A stretch of DNA of 64,000 nt from Octopus vulgaris (lineage: Eukaryota), in assembly GCA_951406725.2 (NCBI GenBank), contig OX597820.1:7254001-7318000 (forward strand), written 5' to 3'. The position numbers and the translations under genes were made by a program. Below are positions 55,167 through 64,000 of the stretch, piece after piece (the stretch's first letter is position 1; each line of letters starts with the position of its first letter). The notes under the pieces were generated by a model. The model was not told the origin of the DNA, searched no databases, and saw nothing but the letters and a program-made list of their open reading frames with translations.

Positions 55167-55879
55167 ACTGTTTAGCCCAATCGCATCATGTGAAAGATTA
55201 CATTCTGAAAACGTCGAGCAAACATTAATCAGTAGCTCAACATATCCAGGAACACAAACACAGCTCATTGCGTAAGAGGTCACACAAACGCTATGAAATT
55301 ACGAAAGATAACCATATTCTAATACAGGAAACGAAACCTAACAGTTTGTGTGTATTAAGCAAAGATTTTAGAAACCCACCAATAGTTCTCAAATTATTGA
55401 AAGAAAAATAGAGAAAAAGTATTGTATTTTCGTACTTGCAAGTAACCAACCATTCGGTTTTAAGGTATTATCGGCAGGTGGACTAACATACTAGGTTTAA
55501 TATATATCTACCATTCATTAAAAATAGACGATGTACAAAAAAGTTTGTTTGGTTGAAGTGTTTTGTTTTGTTTTTTTTTGCTTTTTTTTCATGGAAACTT
55601 AAACCTAACTGAGCTAAAAAAATGTTTTGCATTTCAATAAAATTTTCACAGCGAAACGTCGTTACAGGAAATTATTTATTGAAAGAATTTGAAAATACGC
55701 TGAGGTTAACCACCAAGCACGAAATATCACCAAAACAAAGACATGCGGTGCCTAAAATTCTTTGCCTTTAAAATCAGTCCCGCAACGCTAAAGCAATTAA
55801 TTCTTTAAGTTGAGTTCAGTGCTATAATAAAATCCACAGACCGTGAAGAAACGGTATTTCGAAATAGTAGAAGAAACAG

Positions 55880-56452
55880 TATTTTTATTTCTAGTTTCAG
55901 CTCAGAGCTGCGGCCATGCTGATGCACCACTGGTTTGTGCTACACTGTTATTACTAAGAGCCTCCTCTAATATGTGGCACATGGTGAAGAATGGAGTTTG
56001 ATATAGCTACCCTCATTTGCACCTCTTGCCGTGAGGTAGGTTCATCTGGGACAAGAAGAGGTCCAGCTTTGATTTAAAAGCCCCTACATGTACTTTGTGC
56101 AAGTTCCCCAGACTCTTTGGGAAAATATTAAAAAGCTGTGGGCCCTTGAAATCCAGGCTGTTGCAGTAACTCGTCCCGAAGCGTGATGGCATTGCTGGGA
56201 TCTTTGGCACTATGCAGTGTCGTCCCGTTCTGGCATTGGTGTAGCTTTCGATGACAAAATTTGGCACAATTCCTTCCAGGATCTTCCAGATATATATTAT
56301 TACATGCCTCTCTCGTCTTCTCTCCAGGGAGTACAGTCCTAGCTGTTTCAACCTTTCCCAGTAGTTGAGCTGTTGGAAAGAGAGGATCTTCTTTGTGAAT
56401 CTTCTTTGGATTGCTTCAAGGTCCGCTGTTAATTTCACACTGGTGGGGGAGC
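55880..56452 (-). mobile_element. CR1-clade LINE 3' end (ORF2 C-terminus plus 3' UTR)
   Basis: SPTSVKLTADLEAIQRRFTKKI...YWERLKQLGLYSLERRRER...FKSKLDLFL is a classic CR1 post-RT signature; UTR ends in a stem-loop. Confidence 0.92.
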
Positions 56453-56980
56453 ATTTCAGAACAGCAGAAAGTAATATCAAAGAACGCAGTTTCTTCAAGA
56501 ATCACAATTTGTTTGTAAATGAAAAGACAGCGGCGTTAACTGTTATATCCAGTGGAAAGAATGCGAACAAGATTTGGGAACTTAGGTAATTTTGCAACAA
56601 TTTCGTTTTGAGAAATCACAAACAAGAAAATGCCTATTCAAATGTTGAGTATAACATTTTGTTTATCCTGTGCAGACGTACATAAGATTATAACTACTAA
56701 ACCATTGATGTCATCCTAATATAGAACTGCGGAGATGGAGCAGCAACAAGGCTGCAGTTCATCGACTTGGGACGGTTAATAGAATATGGCAGCGCATTAC
56801 TCTGAATTATATTCCATAATAGACACAGGAAAAGGATGAATGCCACTACGGTTATTCACCCCAGGCGCAGTTAAGTGCAAGCAATATAGATGCTGTGACA
56901 TGATTTTAAAATAATTTCACATCTAAAGTTGTCAGAATGATGTGCGTGCTTGTCTGTTTGTGTTTTAGTGCGTGTGTATT

Positions 56981-57038
<58 letters not shown>

Positions 57039-57170
57039 TGCGTGTGTGTATTTACGCAAATATGTATATAAATTGATAAATTCAGCACAAATTTGTTTCA
57101 CAAAAATGCTCTTTAAATCATTCCGTGACCATTGATAGACATTTTTAGCAAGGCACTTTCTGCGTATCTC

Positions 57171-57218
<48 letters not shown>

Positions 57219-59098
57219 CATATATACATATATACATACATTTTATACACATAAATAAATGTACGTATGAATGTGCGTGTGTCTGTGTGCCTTAATGTGC
57301 ATGCGTGTGTGCACATATATCTTATATATACGTATGTATGAAAATATGTGTGTACACCTAAAGATAAGTGCTTTTGAATACAATAATTGAAAAAATTATT
57401 GACGGGGTATACACTCACATATATAAAGACGTATATGTGTAAGGGTATATATATATATATGTGTGTGTGTATGTGTGTGTGCGTGTGTATTCTTGTAATT
57501 AGGAAGAGAATTTTAAGTAAAGACGAGAAATTTGCTAACAAAAATGATTGTTCATTAAAGCCATAACTACTTGATCTTCACCTTCTCAGATAATTTCATT
57601 CTAAAATATATTTCATTAAAAGTTTAACAAAAAAACTATTTGACAAAAGCTGTAAATATTTTGAAATCTCTGCTAAAATGATAATATTTTCATGATTTCA
57701 GTCACAGTTCAGTAAGTTCCATTATGGAATATGTCAAATATAACCAAAGAAATGCCAATGGTTCGCCAGTTCCATCGATGTAAAGTTTCATGTTTTTCTT
57801 TTAAGCTTTTGTTTTATGATTGTATGTTTGTCAAACATCTTCAGGACCCTGCTTTACTTAGCGGAGTCAATTTTCTATTCTTTGGTATTTCTGTTACATA
57901 TTCAGCTCTCAGAAGAAAGTGGCCACTCATCGAAAGAGCCTTTTTGTTGTCTGATATCACTCTAGAAATAGTAATTAAATCCCTTTCAAATCACATTTTA
58001 TTGTCTTAGAAAAAAAAAATGATAACATTGGAGTGATAGACTCCCTAGGCCTATAATAGTTATTTAAAAGGCGGAATGTTCACTACTGTAACAACTTTGA
58101 TCATATATCTGATCGGTAAGGGTCCTCCTTGGGCTAAACCCTACCAACAACATCCTGGACATAGTAATCTGTATTTACATTTTGTCCCCCAATCGCTGGT
58201 AAATAAAAAGTACTAATAATATATATCGGAATGAATTTAATGGTCATTCCACTTACCACTACAGGGGTGGATATGAATGACTTTAACCCGACATTACTTA
58301 CTAAGATGGAGGCCATTCGAATTTTCTCCTATCTCTATTCAATCACCAATATTCCTACCCAAATACCACGGTGGATTTAATAGATTTAACAACTATTTTG
58401 AGTGGATTTTATCAGCTTTACTCTTACCGCCCTAGTTAAGCGGGTGGGATTTATAAATGTTAGGTGACTATGTTGTACAACCACACAGAAACTCATATCC
58501 CAAATACAGTGAGCAGTACAACACTATGTTTGCGATGAAAGATACTCGGTATACACAGGCAGTATGTCGCTTTCCTGGTGCAGTGCGGCGAAAGGTTAAG
58601 CGATAAATCACCCCAAAACAGTATCTGGTCAGGTAGAGTATATATGCGAATAAAAAGATTGGAATGATCTCTGAAGGACATAGAGCAATACCGAAGCTTT
58701 GTTCTGGTGTCGGTGCGGAGAGAAAACTCATATAACATGTAGAGCAAGGAAGTGGACCGGCGATAAACTCATCTCGGTATCAACACCACAAATTGATGAC
58801 CATGGAGCCTCTCCCCAAATTACAGTTAAGACTGTCATGCCATCAACTTGCGGGCAATGGGCAGACGATTGGAGTATGGTTAGAGGAGGGAGTACAAAAG
58901 GAAACACATAAGGAATGAAATGATGGTGAATCGGTGAGGAGAGATCAATTACCTCCCGAAGTAAGAAAACGATGACAAAGAAGCAACACTTTTGGAAAGC
59001 TTTGGAATCCTCCGTAGTGAGAAGAAGGTTTTTATATAAATTGGTTTTTCACATCCACAAACGCCATGTTCAGAACTCACTCAATTAGCCACTGACGT

Positions 59099-59147
<49 letters not shown>

Positions 59148-59154
59148 TGTGCAA

Positions 59155-59378
59155 TACTTTTTACTCTTTTTACTCTTTTACGTGTTTCAGTCATTTGACT
59201 GCGGCCATGCTGGAGCACCGCCTTTAGTCGAGCAAATCGACCCCTAGGACCTATTCTTTGTAAGCCTAGTACTTATTCTATCGGTATCTTTTGCCGAACC
59301 GCTAAGTTACGGGGACGTAAACACACTACCATCGGTTGTCAAGCGATGTTGGGGGGAGGGACAAACACAGAGATACAA

Positions 59379-59409
<31 letters not shown>

Positions 59410-59576
59410 CAAAGGGCTTCTTTTTCCGGTTTCCGTCTATCAAATCCACTTACAAGGCTTTGGTCGGCCCGGGGTTATAGTAGAAGACACTTGCCCAAGG
59501 TGCCACGCAGTGGGAATGAACCCGGAACTATGTGGTTGGTAAGCTAGCTACTTACCACACAGTCACTCATACACCT
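59155..59576 (-). mobile_element. Full-length SINE family B
   Basis: Reverse complement of the 40196-40610 structure, with a (taaaagag)-type tail repeat. Confidence 0.92.
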
Positions 59577-59659
59577 ACACAAAGTTTGTATATAATTCTT
59601 TTACAAGAAGAGTGTTGATTGTGACTACAAAGTGTCGGCCTACAGGCCTTCGACCATCT

Positions 59660-60062
59660 GAAAGAATCGTTAGCGCGTAGAGTAAACTGGTTGGCGGGAT
59701 GTCTTCTGGATCTCACATTCAGAATTCGGGGTCGACTTCCCCTTTCATCCTTTCCGAGTTGGGAAAATAAGTACCAGTTGACCATTGGGGGAGGGGTCGA
59801 TATAATCAACTATACCACTCACTTGCTCCGAAACTGACGGGCTTGTGCCAACATTTGAGTCAAAGGTAGCTAGATCACAGAATCGTTAGAGCGTCGGAGA
59901 AAATGCGCAGCGGACATTTTTCCGGCTTGACATTCTAGCGAGGTCAAACACTGCTTTCATTCTTTCGAGTTACGTAAAAGAAGGTATTGCTTGTGTCCAG
60001 CGGTGCGTGTAACTGACTCACTCCATCCGCTGTAATTTCTGGCCCACTGCCAATATGCGAAC
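59660..60062 (+). mobile_element. Two adjacent old family-A-like (Nin-type) SINE copies
   Basis: gaatcgttagcgcg...gtcgacttcccctttcatcctttcc...aagtaccagttga...cttgtgccaacatttga, then a second, more decayed copy from about 59865. Confidence 0.65.
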
Positions 60063-60064
60063 AA

Positions 60065-60345
60065 ATCATCATCGTCACAATTAACATTCTCCTCCTCCTC
60101 CTCATCATCATCATCGTCATCATCGTCGTCATCATTACCGTCATCATCTTCATCATTACAAACATGGTCGTCATCATCACCACCATCATCATCATCATTA
60201 CCGTCATCATCATCATCATCATTACAGTCATCATCATTACAAACATCGTCGTCATCATCACCACCATCATCATCATCATTACCGTCATCATCATCATCAT
60301 CATCATCACCGTCATCGTCATTGCAAACATCGTCATCATTATCAG
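60065..60345. repeat. (CAT)n degenerate microsatellite with an internal 81-bp duplication
   Basis: catcattacaaacat recurs at 60151 and 60232. Confidence 0.9.
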
Positions 60346-60498
60346 CATTTATTTCAAAGAATATAACTTAAAAAAAAAAACAGCAGAACAAATAAATGTT
60401 GTTGTTTTTTTTATTATTATTTCTCCTGTTTTGCTCATACCGGAAAGAATGTTTAAATGATACATATTAATGTATAGAAGTCGAGAAACAGCTGTGAG

Positions 60499-60538
<40 letters not shown>

Positions 60539-61066
60539 TGTATGTGTGTGTGACTACCGTTGTAAAAGATAAGATAATCATTCTATTAGCAAGAACATAT
60601 CATCATTATTTCTCTTACCATATTATTATTATTATTATTATCATTATTATTGTATATTAGAGAGATATAATGCTGAATTCAATCGTCACCGACCGACAAA
60701 TGCCTGACCCATTAACAGCAGTATTGTGGAGGAGAGGAGGCGTGGTTTATGTCGACACAAACGATAATCGATATAAAGATTATACGTTTGTTGTCATCAG
60801 ATTACCAACTGTACATATGTGGAGACAGCTAATATACACGGCATTCACAGATGAGCTGGTGTGTGTGTGAGTGTGTGTGAGTGAGTGGGTGTCTGGGGTG
60901 AGTATGGAAAATGTTTATGTATGTGTGTGTGAGTGTCTGTGTGGATATATTTGAGTTTTATATTATCATTTCACTGTTGTAGATATGGATGTGTATAAAC
61001 ATATGAAAATACTCGTAAACACAGTCACACATATGTGTAAATGAATAAATATGCATGGATACACAG

Positions 61067-61136
<70 letters not shown>

Positions 61137-61165
61137 GCCTACACGCACACATGTATATATACATG

Positions 61166-61242
61166 TACATAAATATAAATATGCATATAAAAATATGAAT
61201 ATATATATATGTATGTATATATATATACATACATATATATAA

Positions 61243-61277
<35 letters not shown>

Positions 61278-61500
61278 AATATAAATATGCATATAAAAAT
61301 ATGAATATATATATATGTATGTATATATATATATACATACATATATATAAGTGTATATATATATATATACATAAATATAAATATGCATATAAAAATATGA
61401 ATATATATATATGTATGTATATATATATATACATACATATATATAAGTGTATATATATATAAGCGTATATATATGCATAAATATATATAAGTGTATATAT
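61166..61500. repeat. Three copies of an approximately 100-bp AT-rich minisatellite
   Basis: tacataaatataaatatgcatataaaaatatgaat at about 61166, 61272 and 61368. Confidence 0.85.
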
Positions 61501-62121
61501 ATATATATATAAGCGTATGTATATGCATACATGTACATACATACGTGCAAACATATGTGTGCGTGTGTGTACATTTGTGTGCATGTATGTATACGTTGTA
61601 TACGTGTGGGTATATAATCTAAATACAATCCAACTGTAGATCATGATTATATCTCTGTATATACTCCAGTCATATTTCGTTATCTTTATTTTTTAATCCT
61701 TAATTATATTTACATATCAACGTTTTTTTAATCCTTTCTTTTTATTTGTTTATATTTAATTTCTGTTTTTCTTGTGCAATTTGCTTTTTCCTGTCTTTTT
61801 TCACCTTTTCACCCTTCTTCTCGTCCTTTTCTCGTTCACTTCTCTTAATTTCTCTTTTCCTGCCCCACCCCCCGCGCCCACGTTCTCGACCTATTTATTT
61901 CCGATTCTACAATTCTAGCTCCTCACTTCTCCTTCCTCTCCGGTTTTTCCTCTTCGACCTTTATCATCATCAACATCATCATCATCACCACAATCATGAT
62001 TTCCAATAAAGTTAGCTTTCCACTCCCCCTCTCCCTTGTCACTGCTGTTATCATTTTCACTGCAAGGTATATATATATATATTTCCACATCTTAACCTTC
62101 CGCTACAAAAGTCGCTCTACG

Positions 62122-62167
<46 letters not shown>

Positions 62168-63895
62168 CCGAACACAGGCACACACACACATTCACAGAAA
62201 CACACACACACACACTTCGTGCCACACTCCATACGAGACACAGCAAACTGCTCTCCCCTCTCTTTCCATTCCTCACTACACACCCAGAGTCCACCCTTGA
62301 CCCTCCTCAACGACGTCAAAGATGACAACACGAGTCAACAGACGATTCTCTACGGAATATTTGATTTGCTAGAAATCGTAGCCAAATATCCTTCAAATTA
62401 CATCATTCTATCTTTAAAAAAATGGGGCAGGTTGGAATAACGGGGCGAGCTGGATTGACTACGGTTGGAATGTCTGTGATCATCGTTTGGCGCAGTCACA
62501 GAAGACCTGGGGTTAAACAACAAGAATAACACCACCATCATCACCGACAACAACAATAACAACAGCAACAAGTGTTACAGTTGTTTATGTTTTCACTTTT
62601 ATCTTAATGGTTTTCGTGGCTTTTATTTTTGTTGTGGTTGTTGTTGCTGTTGTTGTTCGTGTTGGTGGTGGTGGCGGTGGCGTTTCTATATTTTGTTATT
62701 GTTGATGGAATCATTTTATTTGATCCGAGTTCCTCATCCAGTAGCTCTCTATAAAGACACGTGTGATTTACGGATTTTCGGCTATTTCTAGATGACGTAT
62801 AAAGGGAGACTCTCGATGACCAATCGTGGACAACGGTCATTTCTTCCTACGATTATTTCCCCCTTTCCTCTACCTTTTTTCCTCCCGTTCTACTCTTTGA
62901 TGTTAGTTTCTTCCCAACGGCAGCCATAATTGTCTACGTTGATGGAGGATTGCAAGAGAGGATATAATCTTGTTCCTGTGGTTCTTGTTGCCATAGTAGC
63001 AGCAGCAACAGCAGTACCAGTAGCAATAGTAGTAGTACCAGTAGCAATAGTAGTAGTAGTAGTAGTAGTATGTTCTTGGTGGTGGTGTTGTAGTTATTTT
63101 TGATTTCAATAGTCGTTATTCTCTCCTTGTTTTTCTCTCTCTCTCTCAATCTATCTCTTATTTTCTTTCTATCTTATCTCTTTCTTTCTTTCTTTCTATC
63201 TCACCCTCCTTCCTTCCTCCTCTTTCTCTCCCTCAATCCCTCCCTCTCTCTAATTATATATCATTGGCCGTGTTTCCAGGTTGGAAGAGAACTTATTAGC
63301 TGTAGATTAACAAAAAAATTAACCCGGCTTCATCTAATCAGTTCCAGCAAACGTCGGATAACGAAATCCAATTTGATTAGCTGTTTCTCGAAATACTCTG
63401 TCTGCATGGATTTCGGCTTCTCCATATCAGTATGTTTCTCTGTGTGTGTGTGTGTGGGTGTGTGTGGGTGGATGTGTGTGGGTGTGTATGTGTGTGTGTG
63501 CGCGCGCTTGCGTTTCTGTGTCGGCTTGTGTACAGGCTTATTTTCATGTGTGTATGTATATGTAGGCGTGTCTGTGACAATGTTTGTATTGACACCGCAT
63601 TTATAAATGAAAAAGGCCATGGTCTTTCGGCCCCTGTATGAAATTTGCTATTTGTGTATGTATATGTATATTTATGTATGCGTATATAAGAGTGTGTCTT
63701 TGAAGGAATTTCTATTATTTGAAGACATTTCTGTGGTCAAAACCTGAAAACACGGTCAACGAGACTTATTTGACCTACCATGTATTGAGTCCTTCCGTCG
63801 AGTTAAAATATCTTGTTTTTGTGGTTCTTCAGAGTATTTACATTCTTATGTGCATGCGTTTGTTTATAGACATATAAACATATACAAATATGTGC

Positions 63896-63974
<79 letters not shown>

Positions 63975-64000
63975 AAGAGGTTATGAGAGGCAATGGTGTC

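Overview
This is an AT-rich eukaryotic intergenic/intronic window dominated by microsatellites ((TA)n, (CA)n, (GATA)n, (TAA)n, (CTA)n, (CAT)n) and transposable-element relics. The repeat repertoire looks like an octopus (coleoid cephalopod) genome; that is an inference. I found no intact host protein-coding gene, rRNA, true tRNA gene or CRISPR array, and nearly all ORFs in the supplied track are translations of microsatellites. Recognisable elements are: several tRNA-headed SINE families; R4/Dong-clade restriction-endonuclease LINEs nested in (TAA)n tracts; L1/Tx1, CR1 and RTE LINE fragments; a Penelope-like RT fragment with scattered minimal hammerhead-ribozyme relics; and a mariner transposase remnant. 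The most interesting signals come from comparing elements within the window. (i) SINE family A shares its last 42 nt with the 3' end of a Tx1/L1-type LINE and recurs as head-body-body concatemers joined at one fixed internal site. (ii) SINE family B shares a 3' stem-loop, with compensatory changes, with a CR1 LINE, and one copy sits inside a 104-bp direct duplication. (iii) A short internally deleted R4/Dong derivative and a non-coding passenger family share (TAA)n targets. All coordinates were read by eye and are approximate to a few bases.
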